64,000 bases of DNA. Source: Octopus sinensis. Taxonomy: Eukaryota. Positions 63,780-64,000 of the stretch are shown here, piece after piece (position 1 is the stretch's first letter; every line of letters begins with the position of its first letter). Where the stretch lies: NCBI RefSeq assembly GCF_006345805.1, contig NC_043013.1, positions 28,954,001-29,018,000 on the forward strand. Reading direction: 5' to 3'. The notes beneath the pieces are model-generated. The model worked only from the letters and a program-made list of their open reading frames with translations, was not told the origin of the DNA and searched no databases. Both the position numbers and the translations under genes were made by a program.

Positions 63780-64000
63780 TCTCATCATCATCATTTAATG
63801 TCTGTTGACCATGCTGACATGGATTGGACAGTTTGACCAGACCTACCAAGCTGGAGAGCTGCATCAGGTTCCAGTCTGATTTGGCATGGTTTCTGCCACT
63901 GGATGCCCTTCCTAATACCAACCACTTTACAGAGTGTGCTGAGTGCTTTTACGTGGCACCAACATGAGTGCTTCTTATGTGGCACCAGTACAGGACTCTT
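63780..64000 (-). mobile_element. RTE-like 3' end (window edge)
   Basis: (CAT)n tail followed by the canonical 3' segment. Confidence 0.7.

Overview
AT-rich eukaryotic genomic DNA, most likely an octopus or related coleoid cephalopod. The organism is inferred from the repeat complement (several tRNA-derived SINE families, abundant RTE-like 3' ends with (GAT)n tails, dense (TA)n/(CA)n/(CAT)n microsatellites), not from a search. There are no prokaryotic genes, rRNA, true tRNA genes or CRISPR arrays. Almost every ORF in the supplied track is an artefact of microsatellites or repeats. The only recognisable protein homology is a dead CR1-type LINE reverse transcriptase fragment (28.9-30.2 kb). Well-supported features are mobile elements with visible hallmarks: SINEs with TSDs, hAT MITEs with 8-bp TSDs, piggyBac-like MITEs at TTAA, a Tigger-like MITE and a non-autonomous Helitron. 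The window is CpG-poor except for a CpG-rich block at about 8.1-16.2 kb. Short splice-signal-bounded candidate exons occur on both strands, but I cannot name a gene. The most unusual structures are an 8-unit SINE array with a 4x2 higher-order period inside one TSD (1.5-3.0 kb), concatemeric RTE-like 3' ends carrying a ~60-bp VNTR, several long palindromes beside (TA)n tracts, degenerate hammerhead-like motifs, and a speculative 80-aa secreted Cys-rich protein. I find no convincing evidence of a new biological system; these are leads. Repeat boundaries without a stated TSD are approximate.
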